From the NCBI GenBank assembly GCA_038239145.1, contig JBBSFB010000004.1, positions 19,563-83,562 on the forward strand: a DNA stretch of 64,000 nucleotides. Direction: 5' to 3'. Shown piece after piece: positions 9,232 to 18,469 of the stretch (the first letter of the stretch is position 1; every line of letters begins with the position of its first letter). Source of the stretch: Acidimicrobiia bacterium (lineage in GTDB: Bacteria > Actinomycetota > Acidimicrobiia > IMCC26256 > PALSA-610). A model generated the notes under the pieces. It saw only the letters and a list, made by a program, of their open reading frames with translations. It made no database searches and had not been told where the DNA came from. The translations under genes and the position numbers were made by a program.

Positions 9232-10014
9232 CTACAGCTTGGAGAAATCGGGCTCCCGCTTCTCCAAGAACGCGGTGATTGCCTCCATGTTCGCGGGCTG
9301 CCCGATCATCCCGGTGAATGCCACGTCTTCCCGGGCCCGGGCCGCGCGCACGGCGTCGATGCGGGCTTCGACCACGATGCGTTTGGTCGCACTCAGCGAC
9401 GCGACGGGCATCGTGGCGATGCGCCGGGCGATGTCCATCGCCTCCGGCATCAGGGCGTCGGGTTCGACCGCGCGCAACGCGAGTCCGCACTCAACCGCCT
9501 CGTCGGCCGTGATCCAGTCGCCGGTGTAGAGCTTCAGCGCGGCGCGCTGGTTGCCCATCACGACGGGCATCAACAAGCTGCCCGCGGCTTCGGGCACGAC
9601 GCCGAGCGGGACGAACGGTGCCCGCAATCGCGCGGTTGTGGAGATGATCGCGAGGTCGACGTGCAGCAGCAGCGTCATGCCGATGCCGACGCCGATTCCG
9701 TTGACCGCCGCGATCACCGGTTTGCCGAACGCGGCGAGCGTGTCGAGGAAGTGGGGGAACCCGGGTCCGGCGTCGCCGAAGTCGTTGCGCTCGCTTGCGC
9801 TGAGGCGACCCATCTCGCCGAGATCCTGACCCGCGGAGAACGCGCGCCCGGTGCCGGTGATAACGACGCAAGCGACGTCGTTGCTCGCTTCCGCGTCCTC
9901 GAGCGCGGCGCCGGCGGTGTGGTACAGCTCGTCGTTGAACGCGTTCAGCGCTTCCGGGCGGTTGATCGTGAGCACGCGCACGCGCGCGTCGTCGGCGACT
10001 TCCAGCATGGCCAT
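9232..10014 (-). CDS. Enoyl-CoA hydratase/isomerase (crotonase) family protein
   Basis: 260 aa with LTINRPEALNAF, GRAFSAGQDL and AAVNGIGVGIGMTLLLHVD. Confidence 0.9.
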   Translation of the reverse strand: MAMLEVADDARVRVLTINRPEALNAFNDELYHTAGAALEDAEASNDVACVVITGTGRAFSAGQDLGEMGRLSASERNDFGDAGPGFPHFLDTLAAFGKPVIAAVNGIGVGIGMTLLLHVDLAIISTTARLRAPFVPLGVVPEAAGSLLMPVVMGNQRAALKLYTGDWITADEAVECGLALRAVEPDALMPEAMDIARRIATMPVASLSATKRIVVEARIDAVRAARAREDVAFTGMIGQPANMEAITAFLEKREPDFSKL

Positions 10015-10017
10015 GGT

Positions 10018-10872
10018 TCAGATCCCGTCGAAGACGACGGCGGTCGAGCCGTCACCGAGCAGCAGCCGGTCGGGCGACTGCTTGTTGATGTGTCCGATCA
10101 GCATGTTGTAGACGCCGTAGCCGACCAGCTCGCGCAGGCGAGGGTCGAACGTCTGCACCTTCTCCCGGGAGAGCCCGAGCTGTTGGTTCTCCTGCTGGCG
10201 GATGTAGCCCGCGCAGTAGTTCATGGCGATGCCGACGCGGGGCGCGGCGGTCGTGTTCGCGCCGCCGCCGTGCCACAGGCTGCCGTGCCACACGAGCACC
10301 GATCCCTTCGGCATCTCGGCCGCGATCGATTCGTACTCGGCGCCGTAGTCGGGGCTGTGGTCGGAGAGGTGGGTTCCCGGGATGAGGCGCGTCGCACCGT
10401 TGGCCTCGGTGAAGTCGGTGAGCGCCCACATCGAGTTGCAGACCGTCGGTGGGTGCGGCTTCGGGAGCGGGATGAGTTGGTCGTCGGCGTGGATGGGCTG
10501 GGCGATCTCGCCGGGCAGGATGTCGATCGACGACAGCGACGAGATGATGCAACCGGGATCGAGCACCCGTTCCACGATCGGGAGGACGTGTTCGTGCACC
10601 GGGACCCGTTGCCACAGGTCGTCGTACGCGAGCAGGTTGTACACCCGCAGCGTCTGGTGCCCCTCGAACGAGTTGGGTGCAGGCTGAACGTCGAAAGAGC
10701 GCTCGAGTCGTGCCAACGACTCGCTGAGCTCGTCGACCAGGTCCGGCTCGATCGCGTTCTCGACGATCGTGTAGCCGTGCTCGGCGACCTCCCGTACGTG
10801 CAGGTCGGTATCGATCCCCGTCGACCCTTGATTCCCGGTGGAGTCGGCCATTCCCGTCAAACTATCGCCCAT
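10018..10872 (-). CDS. Phytanoyl-CoA dioxygenase (PhyH) family Fe(II)/2OG oxygenase
   Basis: 284 aa with the H-x-D facial triad segment PIHADDQ and a distal His in VLVWHGSLWHGGG. The ATG at 10872 overlaps the divergent ATG at 10871 (CATG). An alternative ATG lies at 10851. Confidence 0.8.
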   Translation of the reverse strand: MGDSLTGMADSTGNQGSTGIDTDLHVREVAEHGYTIVENAIEPDLVDELSESLARLERSFDVQPAPNSFEGHQTLRVYNLLAYDDLWQRVPVHEHVLPIVERVLDPGCIISSLSSIDILPGEIAQPIHADDQLIPLPKPHPPTVCNSMWALTDFTEANGATRLIPGTHLSDHSPDYGAEYESIAAEMPKGSVLVWHGSLWHGGGANTTAAPRVGIAMNYCAGYIRQQENQQLGLSREKVQTFDPRLRELVGYGVYNMLIGHINKQSPDRLLLGDGSTAVVFDGI

Positions 10873-11389
10873 GAGCCTCTACGCCCTCGGCGACATCGAG
10901 CCCCGGATCGACCCCGATGCCTTCGTGCATCCGGATTGCACGATCATCGGAAACGTCGTGATCGGACCGGGCTCGACGATCTGGCCCCAGGCCGTGCTGC
11001 GGGGTGACCAGAGCCGGATCGTGGTGGGCGCGCGGACCAGCGTGCAGGATGGCGCGGTGCTCCACTGCACGCGGGAGCTGGAGACGATCGTCGGCGACGA
11101 CTGCACGATCGGGCACCTCGCGCACCTCGAGGGCTGCACCGTCGAGGACGGTGCGCTCATCGGGACCGGTTCGATCGTGTTGCACCGAGCGCTCGTACGC
11201 ACGGGCGCGCTCGTCGGCGCGGGCGCGGTCGTGCCGAACGGCATGGAGGTGCCGAGCGGTGCCATGGCCCTCGGTGTGCCCGCCAAGCTGCGCGAGGGCG
11301 CGGTGAAGCCCGAGCAGGTCACGTTTCCCGCGCAGGAGTACGTGCGCAAATGGCAGCGATATCGTGCTGAGTTGCGCCGGATCGATTGA
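10871..11389 (+). CDS. Gamma-carbonic-anhydrase-like (LbH hexapeptide, YrdA/PaaY-type) protein
   Basis: ORF trimmed to MSLYALGDIEPRIDPDAFVHPDCTIIGNVVIGPGSTIWPQAVLRGD. Hexapeptide repeats run throughout. Confidence 0.85.
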   Translation: MSLYALGDIEPRIDPDAFVHPDCTIIGNVVIGPGSTIWPQAVLRGDQSRIVVGARTSVQDGAVLHCTRELETIVGDDCTIGHLAHLEGCTVEDGALIGTGSIVLHRALVRTGALVGAGAVVPNGMEVPSGAMALGVPAKLREGAVKPEQVTFPAQEYVRKWQRYRAELRRID

Positions 11390-11424
11390 AGACGCCGGCG
11401 AGCGGAGACCCCGACGCGCGGGAC

Positions 11425-12126
11425 CTAGACGTTCGCGCCGACGACGCGGCCGATGCCGTACGTCAGCAGCATCGACAGCACCGACAACGTGACGACCCGT
11501 AGCGCCGCTCGGCTCCTGGGCGCGCCCCCGAGCTGCGCCCCGAGCGCGCCAAGCCCGAGGAGCCCGAGGACCGTGACGCCGGCAGTCACGCCGATGCGGA
11601 TGCTCTTGGCCGAGAGCGACATCGCGAACACCGGTATGAGTGCGCCGAGCGTGAACGCGGCCACCGACGCGAGCGCGGCTTGCAGTGGACGCGCGGTCAC
11701 GACCTCGGAGATGCCGAGCTCATCGCGTGCGTGCGCGCCGACCGCGTCGTGGGTCATGAGCTGATCGGCGACGAGGCGGGCGAGGCCGGGCTCCACCCCG
11801 CGACCCTCATAGATCTTGGCCAACTCGCCAAGCTCAGCGGTCCGGTCTTCGGCGATGGCGTTGGCTTCGACCCGGAGATCGGCCTGCTCGGCGTCGCGTT
11901 GGGCGCTGACCGAGATGTACTCGCCCACGGCCATCGACATGGCCCCGGCTACGAGGCCGGCGAGACCGGCAGTGACCAGTGCGGAGCGAGACGCATTCGC
12001 GGCCGCGACGCCGATGACGAGACCCGCCACCGACAAGATGCCATCGTTCGCACCGAGGATCGCGGCCCGCAACCAACCGGTCCGGCCACTCCTGTGATCC
12101 TCGGCGACGTGCGCAGCGACAGCCAC
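11425..12126 (-). CDS. VIT1/CCC1-family (iron/manganese) transporter
   Basis: 233 aa with AILGANDGILSVAGLVIGVAAA and several hydrophobic spans, including C-terminal TM helices. Confidence 0.85.
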   Translation of the reverse strand: MAVAAHVAEDHRSGRTGWLRAAILGANDGILSVAGLVIGVAAANASRSALVTAGLAGLVAGAMSMAVGEYISVSAQRDAEQADLRVEANAIAEDRTAELGELAKIYEGRGVEPGLARLVADQLMTHDAVGAHARDELGISEVVTARPLQAALASVAAFTLGALIPVFAMSLSAKSIRIGVTAGVTVLGLLGLGALGAQLGGAPRSRAALRVVTLSVLSMLLTYGIGRVVGANV

Positions 12127-12223
12127 GGATTCACGTTACCGGCATTCGCGGGAATTCCCCTTCCACGACTAGCGTGCGCCCCCGCCGCTCGTCGTGGCGC
12201 CATTCGTGATCCGGAGGGGAACA

Positions 12224-13423
12224 ATGCCCGAAGCAGTCATCGTCGCAACCGCCCGCACGCCGATCGGTCGTGCGAACAAGGGCTCCCTCATCGAGTGCAG
12301 GCCCGACGACCTCTCGGCGCTGATCATCCAGGCCGTGCTGGCCAAGGCGCCCGGGCTCGACCCGTCCCAGGTCGAAGACGTGATCTGGGGCTGTGGTCAA
12401 CCCGCGGGCGAGGCCGGCACGAACATCGCGAGGGTCGCGTCGTTGCTCGCCGGTGTCGACTCGCCCGGTGTGACCGTGAATCGTTACTGCTCGTCGTCGT
12501 TGCAGACCATCCGAATGGCTGCGCACGCGATCAAGGCCGGCGAAGGCGACGCGTTCATCTCCGGCGGGGTCGAGACCGTCAGCCGGTTCATGAACGGCAT
12601 GGCCGACGGTGGCCCGGTGAACGAGAAGTTCGCCGCGGCGCGGGAGCGGACCAAGTTGCGCTCCGAGGGCGGCCAGCCACCCTGGACGCCGGGCACCGGT
12701 CTCGCCGACGTGTACATCGCAATGGGCTTCACCGCCGAGAACGTGGCCGAGGCCGAGAACGTCAGCCGGGAGGAGATGGACGAGTACGCCGCCCGCTCGC
12801 AGCAGCTCGCGGTGGAGTTCCAGGAGAACGGGTTCTTCGATCGAGAGATCACGCCGGTCACGCTGGCCGACGGTACGGTGGTCTCCAAGGACGACGGGCC
12901 CCGCGCCGGCACCACGGTCGAGAAGCTTTCGACGCTGAAGCCGGTATTCCGCCCCGATGGCAAGGTCACGGCCGGCAATGCCTGCCCCTTGAACGACGGT
13001 GCTGCGGCGGTGATCGTGATGAGCGACACGAAGGCCAAGGAGCTCGGCATCACGCCGCTCGCGCGCATCATCGCTTCCGGGGTCAGCCCCATCAACCCCG
13101 AGATCATGGGTCTTGGCCCGATCGAGGCGTGCCGCCAGGCGCTGAAGCGGGCGAACATGACCATCGACGACATCGACCTCGTCGAGATCAACGAGGCGTT
13201 CGCCGCGCAGGTGGTGCCGAGCGCCAAGCACCTCGGGATCCCGCTCGAGAAGCTGAATGTCCACGGCGGCGCCATCGCCCTCGGTCACCCGTTCGGCATG
13301 ACCGGGGCCCGCATCATGACCACGCTCATCAACGGGCTCCAGACCGAGGACAAGCGCTTCGGCATGGAGTCGATGTGCGTCGGCGGCGGCCAGGGCATGG
13401 CCATGATCATCGAGCGTTTGTAG
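12224..13423 (+). CDS. Acetyl-CoA C-acyltransferase (thiolase)
   Basis: ATG at 12224 preceded by GGAGGGG. Contains VNRYCSSSLQ (active-site Cys), NEAFAAQ, GGAIALGHPFGMTGAR and CVGGGQG. Confidence 0.9.
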   Translation: MPEAVIVATARTPIGRANKGSLIECRPDDLSALIIQAVLAKAPGLDPSQVEDVIWGCGQPAGEAGTNIARVASLLAGVDSPGVTVNRYCSSSLQTIRMAAHAIKAGEGDAFISGGVETVSRFMNGMADGGPVNEKFAAARERTKLRSEGGQPPWTPGTGLADVYIAMGFTAENVAEAENVSREEMDEYAARSQQLAVEFQENGFFDREITPVTLADGTVVSKDDGPRAGTTVEKLSTLKPVFRPDGKVTAGNACPLNDGAAAVIVMSDTKAKELGITPLARIIASGVSPINPEIMGLGPIEACRQALKRANMTIDDIDLVEINEAFAAQVVPSAKHLGIPLEKLNVHGGAIALGHPFGMTGARIMTTLINGLQTEDKRFGMESMCVGGGQGMAMIIERL

Positions 13424-13470
13424 CGCGCTCGAGTATCAGGGTTGATCCCGTCAGCCGACACAACGACTGG

Positions 13471-14178
13471 CTACTCGCCCTTCTCCAGCTCGACGAGCAC
13501 CTCCGCGTTGGGCGGCCCTTGGTACTCGAGCCGACCATCGTGGAGCATCACGCATTCGTCGGCGTAGGAGAGGAAACGCGGCTGGTGCGTCGCGACGATG
13601 ACGGTGCTACCGGAGCGCGCCCGGGCCACGAGCGCATCGATCAGAGCCGTCTGCGCGCGCATGTCGAGCCCTACGAACGGCTCGTCAATGACGACGACCG
13701 CGGTGGGACGTACGAGCGCGACCGCGAGTGCGGTCTTCTGGCGCATGCCCCGGCTGAACCGTGAGGGCAGGTCGTCGGCCCGGTCGAGGAGCCCGAACAT
13801 CTTGACGAGCTCTCGACCCGGCGTCTTCCAATCGTCGACGCCGTGCAGCGCGGCGACGTATTCGAGGTGCTCCCACACGTTGAGATCGTCGTACAGCACC
13901 GGGTTGTCGCCCGCGTAGCTGAGCGCGGCGCGCGCCGGCAGCGTGCCCGCGATCTCCCCGGCGACGAGGACCTCCCCGTCGGTCGGCTCGATGAGCCCGG
14001 CGATGACGCCGAGCATCGTCGACTTGCCCGCGCCGTTGTGACCGACGAGGGCGACGAGGTGACCGGAATCCATCCGGAGGTTGACGTCGCGAAGCGCCGC
14101 GTGTCCGTCGTAGGTCTTGGTGAGATGTGAGACGCGCAGGAGCGACGTCGGCGAGTGTCGATGCGGCACGGTCGTCAC
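13471..14178 (-). CDS. ABC transporter ATP-binding protein
   Basis: ORF 13471-15474 was trimmed to the GTG at 14178, which overlaps the upstream stop (GTGA). Walker A GHNGAGKST, signature FSRGMRQK, Walker B VVVIDEPFVGLD. Confidence 0.85.
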   Translation of the reverse strand: MTTVPHRHSPTSLLRVSHLTKTYDGHAALRDVNLRMDSGHLVALVGHNGAGKSTMLGVIAGLIEPTDGEVLVAGEIAGTLPARAALSYAGDNPVLYDDLNVWEHLEYVAALHGVDDWKTPGRELVKMFGLLDRADDLPSRFSRGMRQKTALAVALVRPTAVVVIDEPFVGLDMRAQTALIDALVARARSGSTVIVATHQPRFLSYADECVMLHDGRLEYQGPPNAEVLVELEKGE

Positions 14179-15713
14179 ACTCCTCGCAGCGAAGCGTAGA
14201 GGAGCACCGCAATCGAAAGCGCGCCGATGCCGACGGCCACCACGATGCCGACCGCGTCGCTGTTCGCACTCGCGACGACGACGGGCGCGAGCCCACCGAC
14301 CGCGATGGCGGGCGGGAGCCCCTGGCGGACCAGGAGGACGATTCCGAAGATGTCCGGCGAGAAGATCAACATCGCGAGCTGGGAGGCGGGCGGGGGTCCG
14401 AGCGTCACGTTGAGCGTGCTCCCTGCGACTGCTGCGAGCGCGGCGCTGACGGCGCAGGCAACCAGGAGGCCGGCGTGGCCGCCGGCCGCGGGGACGACTG
14501 CGATCGCGCCGATCAGCGCGAGACCGACGAGCGCGACCACCGGCGCGACGAGGTTGCGCAGCAACAGCATCCGGATGCTCACGCCGTAGGTCAGCAACGT
14601 CGTCGGGTGATCCAGCTCGGCCGCGAACGGCTCGATGACGTCGAGTGCGGCGACGAACAACGCCACTCCGGCCGGAACGATCAGGAGGTGCGTCGATCGC
14701 GCGGCGAACGCGAGAACACTGCCCACCGCGAGCAGGGTCACGACCCGGACCAACCGGTCGAGGGGCCAACGTGCGTACCCGTGCCAGCCTCGCCGCCATA
14801 CGGGCCGACGCACCTTGGAAGGCTCCCGGAGCCGCAGCCACGGTCGCCGCCGCGATTTCTCCATCGCGAGCTGACGGTGGAGCAACACGACGGTACGCAT
14901 GTCCTGGAACGATGCCGCGAACCGCATCTGGCTCGTGAGCGCGCCGCGGGCGAGCAGCGGCTCGAGCGAGGTTCGCCCGATCGACGCGAGCGCGGCGACC
15001 GGCAACCCGACGGCGAGCGCGATCCCGGCGACCGCCACGATCGGGGGCACGAGGTGGTGCAGCGGGAGCAGGGAAAGCGACGACACCCATGTCGACGGTG
15101 CGAGCCAGGTGCGGAACGTTGCGTCGGCCGCGGCCGCGACGACGAGGAGACCACCGATGGCGTTGGCAAAGCGAGTCGTCAGTCGTCGTGCCGACGCGAT
15201 GGCCACCGATCCCCAGAGCACGGCGGCAAGGGTCGGGCCGGCCACGATGCCGGCGAGTGCCCACGCCCCGCCTCCAGACGGCAGGCGCGCCGCCGCGGCG
15301 AGGCCGGCCGAGACCCCGACGACCGTGCCGGCGCTGACGGCTGTACGGAGTTGCTGCGCAGCGAGCGGACGCAGGACGGCGGCGCGTGGGAGCGGTGCGA
15401 GCAGGAGATACACGACGTCGGGGCCTTCGGGCGCGAGCGGCGCCCCGCGGGCGCCGGCACGGAGCGCGACCCATACCGTCACCGCCACGACAATCGACGC
15501 GACGCCCGGGCCGCGATCACGGAACTGCGCGAGAGCGTGCGCATCGAGCTTGTCGCCGGTCAACACGATCGGCACGACGACCACGACCACGATCGCGAAG
15601 AACCCCCGCAGCCAGAGCTCGTACCACGCGTCGATCCAGTCGCGCTCGTCGCCGCGGTTCTTCCGGCGCGCCGCGCGCATGCGGCGCAGAACCGCGGTCT
15701 CGGTGTCGGCCAT
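14175..15713 (-). CDS. Polytopic membrane protein, putative permease partner of the ABC ATPase (DUF6297-like)
   Basis: ORF trimmed to the ATG at 15713 (MADTETAVLRRMRAARRKNRG...). It is 512 aa with many hydrophobic spans. The stop overlaps the ATPase start, and the upstream SDR stop lies 3 nt before this start. Confidence 0.7.
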   Translation of the reverse strand: MADTETAVLRRMRAARRKNRGDERDWIDAWYELWLRGFFAIVVVVVVPIVLTGDKLDAHALAQFRDRGPGVASIVVAVTVWVALRAGARGAPLAPEGPDVVYLLLAPLPRAAVLRPLAAQQLRTAVSAGTVVGVSAGLAAAARLPSGGGAWALAGIVAGPTLAAVLWGSVAIASARRLTTRFANAIGGLLVVAAAADATFRTWLAPSTWVSSLSLLPLHHLVPPIVAVAGIALAVGLPVAALASIGRTSLEPLLARGALTSQMRFAASFQDMRTVVLLHRQLAMEKSRRRPWLRLREPSKVRRPVWRRGWHGYARWPLDRLVRVVTLLAVGSVLAFAARSTHLLIVPAGVALFVAALDVIEPFAAELDHPTTLLTYGVSIRMLLLRNLVAPVVALVGLALIGAIAVVPAAGGHAGLLVACAVSAALAAVAGSTLNVTLGPPPASQLAMLIFSPDIFGIVLLVRQGLPPAIAVGGLAPVVVASANSDAVGIVVAVGIGALSIAVLLYASLRGV

Positions 15714-15715
15714 GG

Positions 15716-16537
15716 CTAGCCCAGCGGGCGGAGATGGCTCTCGGTGACCAACGTCTGCTGGGTGACATAGGGCCGAGGTGACCTCGACGCCATGATGCAG
15801 TGATCGGATCGCAGCGCAGCCATGCCTTCGTTGTGCCCGCTGTAGCCGGGAGGCTGTTCGAGCATCCACACGATGCCCTCGGCCGCGACCTCCGAGGGCT
15901 CCCAATCAGAGTGGTCGGCGTCGGGCATGTTGAACACGAAGCCTTCCGACGCGACGGGTACGTCGATGCGGAAGGTGTTGACCGTAATTCCGAACGCTCG
16001 CAGCTGGTGCGCGGCCGAAACGGTCAGGTGTTCGAGCGCGGCCTTTGCCATCCCGTAGGCCATGAGGTCGGGGATGAAATTCAAGCCCGCGACCGAGGAG
16101 ACGTTGACGACCGCGCCCCCGCCGTTCGCCTTCATCGTCGGGAGGGCGGCGCGGATCGCGATCAGCGGCGCGCGCAGATCGACCTGCATCACGAGATCGA
16201 AACGCTTCATGTCCATCTCGAGGTCGCCGGGAAAGGTGATCGCGGCGTTGTTGACGAGCGCGTCCACGCGACCGAAGTGTTCGACGGTGGTCGTGACCAT
16301 GCGTTCGACATCGTCATCGCGTGCGAGATTGGTCGGGATCGCGATGGCGTTGCCGCCGGCGGCGGTGATGCGGCGGACGGTGTCGTCGATCGTGCCCGGG
16401 ATCGCGAGCGGCGAGTCGTCGGTGGCCCGGGCTGCGCACGCGACCTTGCAGCCCCGCTGGGCGAGGAGCTCGGCGGTGGCCGCACCGACGCCCCGCGACG
16501 CACCCGTGACGATTGCGACTTTGCCCGACAGGTCCAT
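15716..16537 (-). CDS. SDR-family oxidoreductase
   Basis: 273 aa with KVAIVTGASRGVG (TGxxxGxG), NNAA, and YGMAK (YxxxK). Confidence 0.85.
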   Translation of the reverse strand: MDLSGKVAIVTGASRGVGAATAELLAQRGCKVACAARATDDSPLAIPGTIDDTVRRITAAGGNAIAIPTNLARDDDVERMVTTTVEHFGRVDALVNNAAITFPGDLEMDMKRFDLVMQVDLRAPLIAIRAALPTMKANGGGAVVNVSSVAGLNFIPDLMAYGMAKAALEHLTVSAAHQLRAFGITVNTFRIDVPVASEGFVFNMPDADHSDWEPSEVAAEGIVWMLEQPPGYSGHNEGMAALRSDHCIMASRSPRPYVTQQTLVTESHLRPLG

Positions 16538-16547
16538 TCCGATGACC

Positions 16548-17453
16548 CTAGAGCGCGGGCAGCGCCTGATGCAGTGTGAGCGAGTCGGCGTAGAGGTCGC
16601 CGTGCTCCTCGATCCGGGCGAGCACCGCGGCCGACTCGAACGCGAGCGAGTCGCCGTCGGCGGAGTCGAGCGCGACCTCCACCTCCGACCACGCCAGGGG
16701 CGTCGATACTGTCGGGCGGTCGCGGAGCCGCAAGGAATACGCGCACACGGTCGTCTTGTGCCGGTCGTTCTGACTCCAGTCGACGAAGACCTTGCCCGGG
16801 CGCTTGGCCCGCGTCATCTCGACGAGCACACGATCGGGATCCCGGGATTCGAGGAGCTGGCCGAGCGCGAGCGAGAACCGTTTCGTGTCTTCGTCGGTCG
16901 CGTCGGACCCCTGGATCGGCACCGACAGGTGGAGTCCCTTGCCTCCCGACGTCTTGACGACACACTGCAGATCGAGGCGCTCGAGCGTTTCCCGGAGGTC
17001 GAGCGCGACCCGGCAGCAGTCGATGATCGTCGCCGGTTCACCCGGGTCGAGGTCGATGACCATTGCCGTGGGTCGGGTGGGATCCGCGAGCGTCCATTGG
17101 TGGGTGTGCAGTTCGAGCGCGGCGAGGTTCGCCAGCCAGACGAGGGCCGCCACCTCTTCGATGAGGCAGCCCTTGGTATTGCCGGTCGCCTCGTGGCCTG
17201 CGAACGTGTCCACCCAGTCGGGATGGTGCGACGGGCAGTTCTTCTCGAAGAAGCGGGGTCCCTCCGGCCCGTTGGGCGCCCGGACGAGCGTCGGCGGCCG
17301 TCCTGCGAGGTGCTTCAACATCGTCGGCGCGATCCGGCGGTAGTAGTCGATCACGTCCGCCTTGCGGAATCCCGCGGCCGGATAGAGCACCTTGTCGAGG
17401 TTCGACAGCGACAGTTCGCGTCCCTCGACCTCGACTGCCTCCCGCTTCGCCAT
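16548..17453 (-). CDS. NHEJ polymerase/primase domain protein (stand-alone LigD Pol domain)
   Basis: 301 aa. LSNLDKVLYPAAGFRKADVIDYYRRIAPTMLKHLAGRPPTLVRAPNG, KTSGGKGLHLSVP and VFVDWSQN match LigD PolDom. No ligase or nuclease domain is attached. Confidence 0.85.
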   Translation of the reverse strand: MAKREAVEVEGRELSLSNLDKVLYPAAGFRKADVIDYYRRIAPTMLKHLAGRPPTLVRAPNGPEGPRFFEKNCPSHHPDWVDTFAGHEATGNTKGCLIEEVAALVWLANLAALELHTHQWTLADPTRPTAMVIDLDPGEPATIIDCCRVALDLRETLERLDLQCVVKTSGGKGLHLSVPIQGSDATDEDTKRFSLALGQLLESRDPDRVLVEMTRAKRPGKVFVDWSQNDRHKTTVCAYSLRLRDRPTVSTPLAWSEVEVALDSADGDSLAFESAAVLARIEEHGDLYADSLTLHQALPAL

Positions 17454-17509
17454 ACGACCGGGAACCCTAGGCCGGGAGTGGCCGGCACCCGGCTGGGTAA
17501 TCTCGGGGG

Positions 17510-18439
17510 ATGCCCAGTGCCATTTGGACCGGCTCGATCAGCTTCGGCCTCGTACAGGTGCCGGTGCGCCTCGTTGGTGCGACCAAGAGTCGCGACGTGA
17601 GCTTCAACCAGCTCGAAGAGGGGACCGGCGCCCGGATCCGATACAAGAAGGTTTCCGACGCCACCGGCGAAGAGGTCCCGCCCGACAAGATCAAGCGGGG
17701 CTACGAGATCTCCAAGGGTCGCTACGTGATGATCGAGCCGGACGAGCTCGACGTGTTGCGCCCGAAGGGCAGTCACGCGATCGAGATCGAGGAGTTCGTC
17801 GACCTCGACGAGATCGATCCGCTGTACTTCGAACAGCCGTATTACCTCATCCCCGACGCCCGGGGCGTGAAGCCCTACAAGCTGCTCGTCGAGGCGATGA
17901 CCGAGCTCAACAAGGTCGCCATCGGCCGCATCATCGTGCGGAGCAAGGAGCGTCTGGTCGCGATCCGCACCGTCGACGACATGCTCTGCATCGAGACGAT
18001 GCGCTACGCGGACGAGGTCGTGTCCCGCGACAATCTCGTCCCCGACGACGGCGACGTGGAACTGACCGAGCGTGAAGTCGCGATGGCCCGCCAACTCGTC
18101 GAGTCACTCGCGAGCGACCACTTCGAACCGGAGAAGTACCACGACCAGTACCGCGAGCAGGTGCTCGATCTGATCGAGCGCAAGGCTGCGGGCGAGTCGA
18201 TCGTTGCCGAGCCGGTCGCCGAGCCCCCGGCCAAGGTCCTCGACCTGGTCGCGGCTTTGGAGGCTTCGCTCGCGAAAGCGCAAAACGCCAAGGAGCGCCA
18301 CCCGAGCGCCGCCGCAACGGCGCCGGACCGGCCTTCGGCGAAACCGGCGCCGGCCAAGAAGACCGCCAAGAAAACGCCGGCCAAGAAGGCGGCCGACAAG
18401 GCACCGGCCAAGGCTCCCGCCAAGCGGCGCAGCGCCTAG
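17510..18439 (+). CDS. ku: Ku DNA end-binding protein
   Basis: 309 aa starting MPSAIWTGSISFGLVQVPVRL, with YFEQPYYLIPD and a Lys/Ala/Pro-rich C-terminal tail (AKKTAKKTPAKKAADKAPAKAPAKRR). It is divergent from the LigD-Pol gene across 56 bp. Confidence 0.95.
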   Translation: MPSAIWTGSISFGLVQVPVRLVGATKSRDVSFNQLEEGTGARIRYKKVSDATGEEVPPDKIKRGYEISKGRYVMIEPDELDVLRPKGSHAIEIEEFVDLDEIDPLYFEQPYYLIPDARGVKPYKLLVEAMTELNKVAIGRIIVRSKERLVAIRTVDDMLCIETMRYADEVVSRDNLVPDDGDVELTEREVAMARQLVESLASDHFEPEKYHDQYREQVLDLIERKAAGESIVAEPVAEPPAKVLDLVAALEASLAKAQNAKERHPSAAATAPDRPSAKPAPAKKTAKKTPAKKAADKAPAKAPAKRRSA

Positions 18440-18469
18440 CGCGACGAGTTCGTCGCCGCCCGGCGACGG

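Noticed and set aside
10870-10873. Divergent genes whose start codons overlap (CATG) at 10870-10873.
   Set aside because: It is probably a start-codon assignment issue. The PhyH-like gene has an alternative ATG at 10851, and no independent evidence decides between the two.
14179-15474. Upstream extension of the ABC ATPase ORF (13471-15474, 667 aa).
   Set aside because: The extension is Arg/Pro-rich and overlaps the real polytopic membrane protein in another frame. The Walker-A-containing domain begins just after the GTG at 14178, which is coupled to the upstream stop.
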